DNA from: Mobula hypostoma
Taxonomy: Eukaryota
Length of the DNA stretch: 64,000 nucleotides
NCBI RefSeq assembly: GCF_963921235.1
Contig: NC_086097.1
Span: 4,092,001 to 4,156,000 of the forward strand
Direction: 5' to 3'
Part shown: in pieces, positions 35,690 through 48,811 of the stretch
Layout of the letters: each line of letters opens with the position of its first letter
How positions within the stretch are numbered: the first letter of the stretch is position 1
The notes under the pieces: model-generated
What the model saw: only the letters and a program-made list of their open reading frames with translations
Told to the model about the DNA's origin: nothing
Databases searched by the model: none
Made by a program: the position numbers and the translations under genes

Positions 35690-37360
35690 ATGATGTTACT
35701 GGACATTTTCTGGCATCTTCCTGTATATTTGTCCTTGATGGTGGGTAGGGTGGTGCCATTGATTCTTTGGGCAGTTTTTACCACCATTCGTAGAGCTCCT
35801 GTCCACCACAGTGCAGTGACGCAGCTTGTGAGGATTCTCTCTGTTGGACATCTATAGAATGACGTGCGGATGGATGGTTGAAGTCCAGCTCTTTTCAGCC
35901 TCCTCAAAAAGTTAAGACATTGATGAGCTTTCTTGATTGTGTAGGATGTGTTCCAGGACCATGAGAGATTGTGTGTTCTATGCACTCCCAGGAGTTTGAA
36001 ACTGCCCACAAATGCTGCTGATGTAAAGGAGGTTATGAGTGGTGCGAGTTCTCTGATGTCAATAACCATCTTCTTTATCTTGTTTACATTAAGGAAGAGG
36101 TTATTTTCCTGGCACCCAGCCTCGAACTCTTCCATCCCCTCTCAGTAGGCCATCTCATCGTTGTTTGGTGATAAGATGATAAGACTATAAGACATAGGAG
36201 CAGAATTAGGCCAACTGGCCCATCGAGTCGGCTCCATCATTCAATCATGGCTGATCTTTTTTTCTATCTCCTCCTTTACCCCAGTTCCCGGCCTTCTCCC
36301 CATAACCTTTGATGCCATGTCCAATCAAGAACCTATCAATCTCTGCCTTAAATGTACCCAACGACCTGGCCTCCACAGCTGCATGTGGCAACAAATTCAA
36401 CAAATTCACCAAATTCACCACCCTTTGGCTAAAAAATTTTTTCCACATCTCTGTTTTGAAAGGGTGCCCCTCTATTCTGAGGCTGTGCCCTCTTGTCCTA
36501 GATTCTCCCACCATGGGAAACATCCTTTCCACATCTACTCTGTCTAGGCCTTTCAACATTCAAAAGGTTTTAATGAGATCACCCCCTCATCCTTCTGAAT
36601 TCCAGTGAGCACAGACCCAGAGCCATCAAATGTTCCTTGTATGATAATCCTTCCATTCTTGGAATCATCCTTGCAAACCTCCTCTGAACTCTCTCCAGGG
36701 CCCCACTACTGTTGTGTCATCGGCAACGACGATGAGATTGCTCAGGTGTTAGGCCATGCAGTCATGTGTCAGCAGAGTGTACTACAGCAGTGGGCTCAGC
36801 ACACAGCGCTGGGGGACACCTGTGTTGGGATGATGGAGGGGGAGGAGCGGTTGTGTACCCTGACCATCTGAGGTTTGTTGTTAAGAAGTCCACCATCCAG
36901 TTGCATAATGGTGTATTTAGACTGAGGAATAGGAGTCTGTATACTAAGGTCTGTTCTGTGACACAATAGTTTTGAATGTTGAACTGAAATCCAGAAGCAG
37001 AACTCTGACATAGGTGTCCTTGTTTTCTAGGTGTGTCAGGGCCAGGTGCATGACAAATGCAATGGCATCTGTCGTAGAATGGTTCTGTCAGTAAACATAC
37101 TGGTGAGTGTCCAGCATGACAGGAATGGATTTTTAATATGTGCCATTATCAGCTGTTCAAAGTGCTTCATGATGATTGGCATCAGTGCCACTGGGCAGTA
37201 ATCATATAGTTGTGAAGGTGTAGAGTTATTTGGTACAGGGTTGATGGTGGTTGATTTGAAGCATGTGGGGACAGCAGCCTGGATGAGTGAAGCATTGTAG
37301 TTGTCAGTGAGCTGGTGTGCACACTCCCTGAGTACTCAGCTTGAGATGTTGTCTGCCTGT
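35690..37360 (-). mobile_element. Degenerate Rex1-type LINE with a nested CR1 3' end (~36180-36697)
   Basis: LNVNKIKKMVID, FLRRLKRAGL; CR1 ORF at 36245-36559. Confidence 0.75.
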
Positions 37361-38006
37361 TCATAATGAATTGTGGAATAGTCTCAAAAGGTTCATAGCA
37401 TCTACTCTTGATTTATTTTATTTTTTTCTGAAGAAATGTAGAAAATAGTGAAATGGATGAAACCAGAAACAAGAGCTGTCAATTTAAAATATTCCCTAAT
37501 AAATCTAATTATAATTTAGAGGAAACTTCTTTGCCCATTCTGGTTAAAAAGAAAAAATCATGACAAGAGAGAGGATAGGGCAATAGCATAAATGTTTTAA
37601 TGGGTGAGTGAGTAAATCGAAGCTGTTGATGGGTATAGAGGTGGCAAGGTGGGAGGAGGTCCAAAGCCAATATGGCATTGCAGATGGGATAGCCAGTTTC
37701 TATACTAAGTGCTTCTGCCACACCAGACAAAAAGATGATGGAGCAGTTAATCTCAGTATTTTTTATGTGCATTACATTTCATGACAAGGTATCTGACTGC
37801 TTGTTCCCTATGAATTGTAAGGCATCTGACTACATCCTCACAAAGGATTGCAAGGATTGTTCAGGGAATCATCCGGGTCTCTCTTCTATCCATCAAAGAT
37901 ATTTATCAGGAGTGCTGCACATGCAGAACCCTTAGCTTTGCCAATGTTCCCTCCCATCTGTCCAACAATCTCTTTGAACCCCTCCCATCAGGCAGGAATT
38001 GCTGTG

Positions 38007-38570
38007 GCATGGTAGTGCAGTGGTTAGCACAACACCTTACAGTACAGACGACCCGGATTCAACTCCCACTGCTGCCTGTAAGGAGTTTGTATGTTCTCCC
38101 CGTGGAATCTGTGGGTTTCCTCTGGGTGCACCAGTTTTCTCTCACGGACCAAAGATGTACCAGTTAGTATGAAAATTAGTCATTATAAATTGCCCTAGTG
38201 TTGACATGTGGCCAAGTGGTTAAAGTATCGGTCTGGTGATCTGAAGGTCGCTAGTTCGAGCCTTGGCTGAGGCAGCATGTTATGTCCTTGAGCAAGGCAC
38301 TTAACCACACATTGCTCTGCGATGACACTGATGCCAAGCTGTATGGGTCCTAATGCCCTTCCCTTGGACAACATCAGTGGCGTGGAGAGGGGAGACTTGC
38401 AGCATGGGCAACTGCCGGTCTTCCATACAACCTTGCCCAGGCCTGCGCCCTGGAAACCTTCCAAGGCGCAAATCCATGGTCTCACGAGTCTATCAGATGC
38501 CTATAAATAAATTGTCCTGTGATTGGGCTAGGTTAAATTGGGGAACTGGTGAGTGGTGCAGCTCGAATGG
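38007..38570 (+). mobile_element. V-SINE (HE1-like) split by a nested SINE
   Basis: tRNA-like head TGGTAGTGCAGTGG...GGATTCAACTCC, and V-domain GGAGTTTGTATGTTCTCCCCGTG...GGGTTTCCTCTGGGTGC. Confidence 0.85.
38197..38506 (+). mobile_element. tRNA-derived SINE (CORE-like), with 12-bp TSD
   Basis: A box TGGCCAAGTGG, B box AGTTCGAGCC, then GTCCTTGAGCAAGGCACTTAACC; TSD ATAAATTG(C/T)CCT at 38185-38196 and 38507-38518. Confidence 0.85.
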
Positions 38571-38574
38571 GTGT

Positions 38575-41500
38575 TGTGTAATAACCCAGATCTTATTAGG
38601 GAGCTTAACATAAAGGAATCCTTAGGAGGTAGTGGTCATAATATGATTGAATTCATACTGCAAGTTGAAAGGGAAAAACATACCTCACATGTATCAGTAT
38701 CACAATGGAATAAGGGATTTACAGAGGCTTGAGAGAGGAGCTCGCTGAGGCGGACTGGAAGAGGATACCGGTGGTGATGAAAGCAGAGCAGAGATGGCTG
38801 AAGTTTCTGGGAATTGTTCACAAGGTGCAAGATAGATAGGTTCCACAGAGCAAGAAGTTCTCATATGGCAGGGGTAGGTAACCGTGACAACTATGGCAGA
38901 TAAAGGAAGTTTAAGACAGCATGAAAGCCAAGGAAAGGACCTATAAGGTAGCAAAAGTGAGTGGGAAGTTAGATGATTGGGAAGCTTTTAAAATCTAACA
39001 CAAGGCAACTAAAAAAGCCAAAAGAAAGGAAGACATAGAACATAGAATAGTACAGCACAGAACAGGCCCTTCGGCCCACAATGTTGTGCCGACCCTCAAA
39101 CCCTCCCTCCCATATAAGCCCCCACCTTAAATTCCTCCATATTCCTGTCTAGTAGTCTCTTAAACTTCACTAGTGTATCTGCCTCCACCACTGGCTCAGG
39201 CAGTGCATTCCACGCACGGACCACTCTCTGAGTAAAAAACCTTCCTCTAATATCCCCCTTGAACTTCCCACCCCTTACCTTAAAGCCATGTTCTCTTGTA
39301 TTGAGCAGTGGTGCCCAGGGGAAGAGGCGCTAGCTATCCACTCTATCTATTCCTCTTATTATCTTGTACACCTCTATCATGTCTCCTCTCATCCTCCTTC
39401 TCTCCAAAGAGTAAAGCCCTAGCTCCCTTAATTTCTGATCATAATGCATACTTTCTAAACCAGGCAGCATCCTAGTAAATCTCCTCTGTACCCTTTCCAA
39501 TGCTTCCACATCCTTTCTATAGTGAGGTGACCAGAACTGGACACAGTACTCCAAGTGTGGCCTAACCAGAGTTTTATAGAGCTGCATCATTACATCGCGA
39601 CTCTTAAACGCTATCCCTCGACTTATGAAAGCTAACACCCCATAAGCTTTCTTAACTACCCTATCCACCTGTGAGGCAACTTTCAGGGATCTGTGGACAT
39701 GTACCCTGAGATCCCTCTGCTCCTCCACACTACCAAATATCCTGCCATTTACTTTGTACTCTGCCTTGGAGTTTGTCCTTCCAAAGTGTACCACCTCACA
39801 CTCCTCCGGGTTGAACTCCATCTGCCACTTCTCAGCCCACTCCTGCATCCCATCAATGTCTCTCTGCAATCTTTGACAATCCTCTACACTATCTACAACA
39901 CCACCAACCTTTGTGTCGTCTGCAAACTTGCCAACCCACCCTTCTACCCCAACACCCAGATCGTTAATAAAAATCACGAAAAGTAGAGGTCCCAGAATAG
40001 ATCCTTTTGGGACACCACTAGTCACAATCCTCCAATCTGAATGTACTCCCTCCACCACCACCCTCTGCCTTCTGCAGGCAAGCCAATTCTGAATCCACCA
40101 GGCCAAACTTCCCTGGATCCCATGCCTTCTAACTTTCTGAATAAGCCTACCGTGTGGAACGATGAAATATGAAGGCAGACTAATATAAAGCTTGATACCA
40201 AAAATTGTTTTCAGTTATATAAAAAGTAAGAAGGGAGATGAGAGTCGATGTTGGACTACAGGAAAATAATGCTGGTGAGGTAGGTATATGGGACAAAGAG
40301 ATGTCAGATGAACTTAATGAGTACTCTGCATCTGTCTTCACTGTGGAAGACACTAGCAGTGTGCCAGAGGTCTGTGAGTGTCAGGGAGCAGGAGTGAGTG
40401 TCATTGCTATTACAAAGGAAAAAGTGCTAGGCAAAGTCAAAGGTCTTAAAGTGGATAAATCACCTGGACCAGATGGACTACATCCCAGAGTCCTGAGAGA
40501 GGTTGTTGAAGCGATAATGGACGCATTGGTCATGATCTTTGAAGAATCATTTGATTCTGGTATGGTCCTGGAGGACTGAAAGATTGCAAATGCCACTCCA
40601 CTGTTTAAGAAGGGAGGAAGGCAAAAGAAAGGGAATTATATGCCAGTTAGCCTAACCTAATTGGTTGGGAAAGTGTTGGAGTTTATTATTAAGGATGTGG
40701 TTTCAAAGTACTTGGAGACTAAAGATGAAATAAATCAAAGTCAGCATGTTTTCTGTCAAGGGAAATCTTGCCTGACAAAGCTGTTAGAGTTCTTCAAGGA
40801 AGTAACAAGTGGGATGAATAAAGGAGAGGCAGTGGATGTCATTTACTTGGATTCTCAGAAAGCATTTGATAAAGTGCCACACATGAGGCTACTTAACAAG
40901 ATAAAATCCTATGACGTTACCGGAAAGATACTGGCATGGATAGTGGAATGGCTGACAGGCAGGAGGCAGCGAGTGGGAATAAAATGGGCCTTTTCTGCTT
41001 GGCTGCCAGTGACTAGTGGTGTTCCTCAGGGGTCAGTATTGGAACCACTACTTTTCACATTGTTTGTCAATGATGTAGATAATGGAATTGATGGCTTTGT
41101 GCAAAGTTTGGAGATGATATGACGATAGGTGGAGGTATAGATAGTGCTGAGGAAGCAACGTGATTGCAGCAAGACACAGACAAGTTGGAAGAATCGGCAA
41201 AAAGTAGTCTTTGGAGTACTGCAAGTCTGTGTCTTTGCTATTGCCTTGCTCACGCTTGAGTGCTCGGTGGCGGGTGCCGATGCTTTTTTATTCTCGGTAG
41301 GGATTGTTGCTCACATGCGGGAGGGAAGGAAGCTGGGGGGACTTTGGGGTTCTAAAGTTTAACTGTCATTCGTTTTTTGGAGACACTCCTCTGTTTTGAC
41401 GGATAGTTGCGAAGAAAAAGCATTTCAGGGTGTATATTGTATACATTTCTCTGACATTAAATGTAGCTTTGAAACCTTTGAAAATGTGGCAGATGGAATA

Positions 41501-41975
41501 TAGTGTCGGGAAATGTATGATAATGCATTTTGGTTAAAGGAACAGTTGTGCGGAGAATTGGGAGAATATTCAAACATCACAGGTGCAGAGGGGCTTAGGA
41601 ATCCTCATGCAAGACTCCCAGAAGATTAATTTACAGGTGAGTCTGTGGTAAAGAAGGCAAATGCAATGCTGGCATTTATTTCAAGGGGAATAGAGTATAA
41701 AAGCAAGGAGATAATTCTGAGGCACAAGTCAGGCCACACTTGGAGTATTGTCAACAGTTTTGAGCCTCATATCTCAGAAAGGATGTGCCGTCATTGGAGA
41801 GAATCCAGATTGGATGATCCAGAGAGGATGATTCTGGGAATGAACAGGTGAACATATGAGGAACGTTTGGAAACTTTAGGCCTGTACTCACTGGAATTTA
41901 GAAGAATGCAGGGGGATCTCATTGAAACCTACCAAATGTTGGAAGGACTAGATAGGCTGTGTGTGGAGAGGATAG
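38575..41975 (+). mobile_element. CR1 ORF2 fragment interrupted by 39033-40160 and ~41205-41482
   Basis: ORFs 40238-40579 and 40661-41122 ([22 protein letters not shown]). Confidence 0.85.
39033..40160 (-). mobile_element. Young 5'-truncated CR1
   Basis: 258-aa RT C-terminal ORF 39330-40106; same subfamily as ~25400-26270. Confidence 0.9.
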
Positions 41976-43212
41976 AAATACAGTTGTATCACTGTGAGTA
42001 ATGCTTCAAGGTCTGGCTATGATCATTACTGAAAACAAACTGGCGCCAACAGAATCGCACTCAGAGTATGTGAGGTCAGGTCTCAGAACTGTCTGTGGTG
42101 TGTCAGAACCTAAGCATTGCCTGCGGTCCTTTCCAGTGCCTTGTGGAATCGTGTCCATACTCAAAAATCAAGTCAAGTGTCAGTGTCGGTCTTGGATTGA
42201 GACATGAATCCACAAACTTGCATGAGAGTTCTATAAACTGAGCCATTTCAGAATTAGAATCAGAATCAGGTTTATTATCACCAGCATGTGACATGAAATT
42301 TGTTAACTTAGCAGCAGCAGTATAATGCAATATATGACAATATAGAAAGAAAAAGTAAGTAAATCAATTACTTTAAGTATATATGTATATTGAATAGAAT
42401 AAAATATTGCAAAATCAAAAAAGTGAGGCAGTGTTCAATATCCAGTTAAAAATCATATGGCAGAGGGGAAGAAGCTGTTCCTGAATCGCTGAGTGCGTGC
42501 TTTCGGGCTTCTGTACCTCCTTTCTGATGGTAACAATGAGGAGAAGGCATGCCCTGGGTGATGGGTGCCCTTAATACTGGATGTTGCCTTTCTGAGGCAC
42601 CACTCCTTGAAGATTTATTTTATATGTACCAAATTTCATGCCTTAATGTATTCACTTCTTGGCAAATACTATAGAAACAAAGCTACTGGAAGAGCAGGAT
42701 AACTTGTATACCAAACTCTCAATTTCCTTGGTTAGGCAAGCACGTCACTTGCCAGTTTGCTGTTTGCTTATATTGGATGCTGTATATTCACCATTGTTCT
42801 TATCACACCATGGGTAAGGACACTTCACCTCATGTTCTTGATATGTATTACTTATTTATCTGTGATCATTATTTCATCTGTGTTTTTCTTTTTGGATACG
42901 CACTGTTTGGATGAAAAAAAACCGTTAAGACATATAAGCAGAATTAGGCCATCTGGCCATTCCTTTCTGTTAAAAGAATACTTACTCTGAAATAAACAAG
43001 CCTTAAGTAGCAAACAAATTAACATTGATGCATAAATTTTAAGCTTATATCAGCATTTAGAATTGGATGTGTAGATATTTGGAGATAAATATTTGGCCAT
43101 TGTAAGTTGGCACTATAGTGTTTTCAGCAAATAGCCATTGTGCATTTGAGTCTAAATAGCACGGGAAAAACCACCTTTTGTGACCTCTGGGTTTTCAACA
43201 ATTATGGCTAAT

Positions 43213-43730
43213 AACTACTACTACGTCGACTCAGGCCTAGGGGGCCGACATCGGGCACAATGACGGACTCTCCACTTCTCCTTCTCCCTCATCAGTGTGT
43301 TCAGTTCATCTACATCAGCCGCGCCGCTGTCTTCTAGGAGCGTGTAGACCATAGTCTTGGGAGGGTGCCCAGGGTTCATCCTCCCATGCATGGGCTCCCT
43401 TATGATGACTAGGCTGGCAGGTAGCTGGTGGTGGCGTAGACAGTGCCCCGCTAGTTGCAGTCTTCTCGCCTTGATTTTAGTGGTGAGAATCGGTAGGTAA
43501 TCATAGAGCTCGACATTCATCATGTGCTGTTGTCAACACAAGTCAAGAGCCATCCGGAGCATTCGTGTATAGCAACCATCTAGAGACTTTCGCATAGTCT
43601 TGGTGTGTGTCCACGTCTCACATCCGTACGTGAGAATGACTGCTATGAAGATCCTCTTTTTAAGCCCTCTGGTCAGGTTCGTCTTCCAGATTTCCTTCAT
43701 GTTGTTCATAGCCCTCCACGCCAGGGCTAA
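43213..43730 (-). mobile_element. RTE-clade LINE 3' fragment
   Basis: LTYGCETWT...LDGCYTRMLR, RRLQLAGHC.RH; (TAG)n tail. Confidence 0.85.
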
Positions 43731-44865
43731 CAAAGTATGTCTCAAATGTAGAGGCTCAACAAACAGCATATTGATAACAAACACCAAAGGACAATTTATC
43801 ATATTGTATTAGTGGGGTGAAACATTAGCTTGGATACCTAGGTGAACTCTCCTACTGTTTTTTGAAATTGTGCTTTAGATTCCTTTCTTGCATCTGAGAT
43901 TATAACTGATATCTGGAACGCATACTTGGTGAGATCTATAAGCAGTGATTGTACTGATTTTTTTCAATACAGTGTATGTAATATCAACACTAGGATCTCA
44001 AGTTCAAGTTTAAGTTTATTGTCATCTGACTGCACACGTATACAATCAATTGAAACAATGTTCCTCCAGATCTCGGTGCACACACTAAGTGTATATCACA
44101 CACAGCACATCAATCAAAAAATACTTGAAAGAAGTTAATAAAATATAATTCAAAATGCATATTGTGCTCAGCACAGGTAAACAGTTAGCAGTAAACAGCA
44201 CAGTAAATAGCTCGCAGTCCTAGTGTTGAGACCTTAGTAGTGGTAGGCTATTCATTAGTCTTACAGCCTGAGGGAAGAAGCTGTTACCCAGTCTGGCAGC
44301 CCTAATTCTGATGCTCATGTATCTCTTTCCTGATGGTTGTTGATCAAAGAGATTGAGGGATAAATGGTAAGGATCCTCAACAATGCTTCGGACCCTTCAT
44401 ATCCAACGCTCCTACTAAATGTCCCAAATAGGGAGGAGGGAGACCCTGGTGGTTCTCTCAGCAGATCTTACTATCCTATCAGAAACTACTGAATCTGATG
44501 TTTTCAAATGGTCTTTAGCTTAACTGAGCAATGATTCCAATTATACAACAATATAAATATATTTGCCTGGTATACATAAAACCTTTTGAATAAGCCTGAC
44601 AATTTATGCATCTTATGATTTGCTGGTTTATTTGTGGTAATTTTGCTTTTGTGTTGTATTGGAGTTAAGCAGTATGTACTGTGATGTGCACCTTTGTCTG
44701 GAGGAACGTTGTTTCATTTGGCTTATGATCAGAATCAGAATCAGAATCAGGTTTATTATCACCGGCATGTGATGTGAAATTTGTTAACTTAGCAGCAGCA
44801 GTTCAATGCAATACATAATATAGAAAAAAAATAAATAAAATAAAAATTATACTAATAAATAATTA

Positions 44866-45530
44866 ACACTTAGTCCTCTTTTATTGTCACTTAGAAATGC
44901 ATACATGCATTAAGAAATTATTCAATGTTTCTCCAGAGTGATATCACAGAAAACAAGACAGACCAAAGACTAACACTGATAAAACCACATAATTATACCA
45001 TATAGCTACAGCAGTGCAAAGCAATACCATGATTTGATGAAGAACAGTCCATAGGCACAGTAAAAAGATAAGTCTCAAAGCCCCCGAGTTGATCGACTCC
45101 CGAGTCCCCGATAGCAGGCGGCAAAAGGGAGAAACTCCCTGCCATAAACCTCCAGGCACCGTCAACTTGCCGATACCTTGGAAGCAGCTGACCACAGCCA
45201 ACCCTGAATCCATCCGTCCGAAAACTCCGAGCTTCCGAGCAGCCTCTCCGATACGGCCTCCCGAGCGCCATCCTCTGCCGAGCGCCTTCGACCTCTCCCC
45301 GGCTGCTGAAACACGCAAAGCCGATGATTTCGAGGCCTTCAGCTCCAGAGATTCCGGTTACCACACAGTAGCAGAGGTAGCAAAGCAGACATTTCAGAAG
45401 TTTTCCAGATGTTCCGCTATGCACTCACGTCTGTCTCCATCAAATCAGAATTGTGCACGGTCCCCTACTTGACAGATAACAGATATTCATCACTGGAGAG
45501 GCCGTGCACGCTGTCATTGCATCGCCATCA
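44866..45530 (-). mobile_element. Non-autonomous element related to 9945-10645
   Basis: Shared 3' block (TGATATCAC...ATGCAT...GACAATAAA..GAGGA) and CpG-rich body. Confidence 0.7.
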
Positions 45531-47047
45531 ATTACAGTATACATATATTGAATAGATTAAAAAATGTGCAAAAACAGAAATACTGTATATTAAAAAAAGT
45601 GAGGTAGTATCCAAGGGTTCAATGTCCACTTAGGAATTGGATGGCAGAAAGGAAGAAGCTGTTCCTGAATCACTGAGTGTGTGCCTTCAGGCTTCTGTAC
45701 CTCCTGCCTGATGGTAACAATGGGAAAAGGCCATGCCCTGGGTGCTGGAGGTCCTTAATAATGGACGCTGCTTTCTGAGACACCGCTTCCTGACACTGTC
45801 CTGGGTACTTTGTAGGCTAGTACCCAAGATGGAGCTGACTAGATTTACAACCCTCTGCAGCTTCTTTTGGTCCTGTGCAGTAGCCCCGCGCCCCCCATAC
45901 TAGACAGTGATGTGGCCTGTCAGAATGCTCTCCATCACACATCTATAGAAGTTTTTGAGTGTATTTGTTGACATGCCAAATCTCTTCAAACTCCTAATGA
46001 AGTGTAGTGCTGTCTTGCCTTCTTTATAACTACATCGATAGGTTGGGACCAGGTTAGATCCTCAGAGATCTTGACACCCAGGAACTTGAAACCGCTCACT
46101 CTCTCCACTTCTGATCCCTCTATGAGGATTGGTATGTGTTCCTTTGTCCACAATCAGCTCTTTCGTCTTACTGACGTTGAGTTCCAGGTTGTTGCTGTGG
46201 CACCACTCCAGTAGTGGGCGTATCTCACTCCTGTACACCCTCTCATCGCCACCTGAGATTCTACCAACAATGGTTGTATTGTCAGCAAATTTATAGATGG
46301 TATTTGAGCTATGCTGAGCCAAACAGTTATGTGTATACGGAGAGTAGAGCAGCGGGCTAAACACACATCCCTGAGGTGTGCCAGTATTGATCGTCAGCAA
46401 GGAGGAGATGTTATCACCAATCCGCACAGATTGTGATGTTCTGGTTAGAAAGTCAAGGATCCAATTGCAGAGGGAGCTACAGAGACCCAGGTTCTGCAAC
46501 TTCTTAATCAGGATTGTGGGGATGATGGTATTAAATGCTGAGCTATAGTCGATGAACAGCATGCTGACATAGGTGTTTGTGTTGTCCAGGTGGTCTAAAG
46601 CCGTGTGGAGAGCCATTGAGATTGCATCTGCTCTTGAAGTATTGTGGCAATAGACAAATTGCAATGGGTCCAGGTCGTTACTGAGGTAGGAGTTCAGTCT
46701 AGTCATGACCAACATCTCAAAGTATTTCATCACTGTCGATGTGAGTGCTACCAGGCTATCATCGTCAAGGCAGCTCACATCATTTTTCTTAGGAACTAGT
46801 ATAATTGTTGCCTTTATGAAGCAAGTGGGAACTTACGCCCGTAGCAGTGAGAGGTTGAAAATATCCTTGAATACTCCCTCTAGTTGGTTTGCACAGGTTT
46901 TCAGAGCCTTACCAAGTACTCCATCAGGACCTTCTGCCTTGTGAGGGTTCACTCTTTTTAAAGACAGCCTAACATCAACCTCTGAGACAGAGATCACAGG
47001 GTCATCAGGTGCATCAGGGATCTTCACAGCTGTAGTTGTGTTCTCAG

Positions 47048-48458
47048 AAGAATCAGAATCCGAATCCTTTATTATCGCCAAGTATGTGGACACATACAGG
47101 GAATTTGATGCCGGTTTCCCTGAGCTCTCGCTGTACAGAATCAAAAAGCAAATAAAACAATAGTGCAAATAATCGTGAACTATATACAATGAGGTATACC
47201 TGTGTATGTACAGGTGGACTTGGTTTATAATAGACTAAAATTCAAGTGTTCATAAGACTGATGGCATACGGAAAGAAACTGTTCTTGTACCTATTTGTCC
47301 TGGCATACAGTGATCTAAAGCACCTACCAGAAGGAAGGAGTTGGGACAGGTGATGTCCAGGGTGTGATGGATCTACAATGATGCTGCTTGCTCGCTTCCT
47401 GGCTCTAGATGCATGTAAGTCCTGGATTGAGGGCAGCTTCACACCAATAATCCTTTCCACAGCCCTGGTGGTTCTTTGGAGTCTTTTCTTGTCTTGTTTG
47501 GTAGCTGATCCAAACCAGACAGTGATGGACGAACAGAGAACAGACTGAATTCTTCCTGAATAGAATTGAATCAGCAGCTCCTGAGGGAGGTTGTACTTCC
47601 TGAGTTGACATAGGAAATACAAACTCTGCTGAGCCGTTTTGATAAGAGTGTCCGCGTTGGGTGTCCACTTCAGGTCCTGGGAGATTGTGACACCCAGAAA
47701 CCTGAAGGTCTCCACAGCAGACATAATACTGTTGAGTATAGTGAGTAGGGGGAGTACTGGGGGGCTCCTCCTGAAGTCCACTATCATCTCCACAGTCTTG
47801 AGCGTATTTAGCTCCAGATTGTTCTGACCACACCAGAGGGCCAGCCGTTCCACCACCCATCTGTATGCAGACTCATCACCGTCTCGGATAAGGCCAATAA
47901 CAGTTGTGTCATCTGCAAACTTCAGGAGTTTAACAGATGGATCCTATGAGGTGCAGTCATTAGTGTAAATGGAGAAGAGCAGTGGGGAGAGCACACATCC
48001 CTGGGGGGCACCGGTACTGATTGTCCGGGTGCTAGAAATGATGCTCCCCAGCCTCACTTGCTGCACCCTGTCAGTCAGGAAGCTTGTGATCCACTGACAG
48101 ATGGTGGGGGAGACAGTGAGCTGGGTGAGTTTGGAGTGGAGGATTTCTGGGACGATGGTGTTGAACGCTGAGCTGAAGTCAACAAACAGGACCCTCGCAG
48201 AAGTTCCTGGCTTGTCGAGGTGTTGTAGTATGTAATGCAGTCCCATGTTGACTGCATCATCCACTGACCTATTTGCCCGATAAGCAAACTGCAGGGGGTC
48301 CAGCAGCGGGCCTGTGATGTCCTTCAGGTGAGCCAACACTAGTCTCTCAAAGGACTTCATGACCACAGATGTCAAGGCAACAGGCCTGTAGTTATTTAGT
48401 CCCTTGATAGTGGGTTTCTTAGGAACTGGAATGATAATGGAGCGCTTGAAGCAATGAG
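47048..48458 (-). mobile_element. 5'-truncated Rex1/Babar LINE (second family)
   Basis: ORFs 47944-48519 and 47242-47856: [35 protein letters not shown]. Confidence 0.9.
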
Positions 48459-48811
48459 GGATTTTCAAAGAGGGCATGGAAGGCTTTGAGTTCATCTGGT
48501 AGTGAAGCATCGCTGTCATTCATGCTATTGGGTTTGGCTTTGTAGGAAGTAATGCCTTGCAAACCCTTCCAGAGTTGCCGTGCATCTAATGTCGCCTCTA
48601 ACTCGTTCAGAATTGTCTCTTTGTCCTTGAAATAGCCCTCTGCAAATCATACCTGGTTTTCTGGTACAGGCCTGGGTCGCCAGACTTGAATGCCACAGAT
48701 CTGGCCTTCAGCAGACAACATACCTCCTGGTTCATCCACAGCTTTTGGTTTGGGAATGTGCAGTAAGTCTTTGTCGGCACACACTCATCTACCCAGGTTT
48801 TACAAGCGCCG

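Noticed and set aside
38197..38275. tRNA gene
   Set aside because: A/B boxes continue into a SINE body with a TSD, and a second copy lies at 35196-35507.
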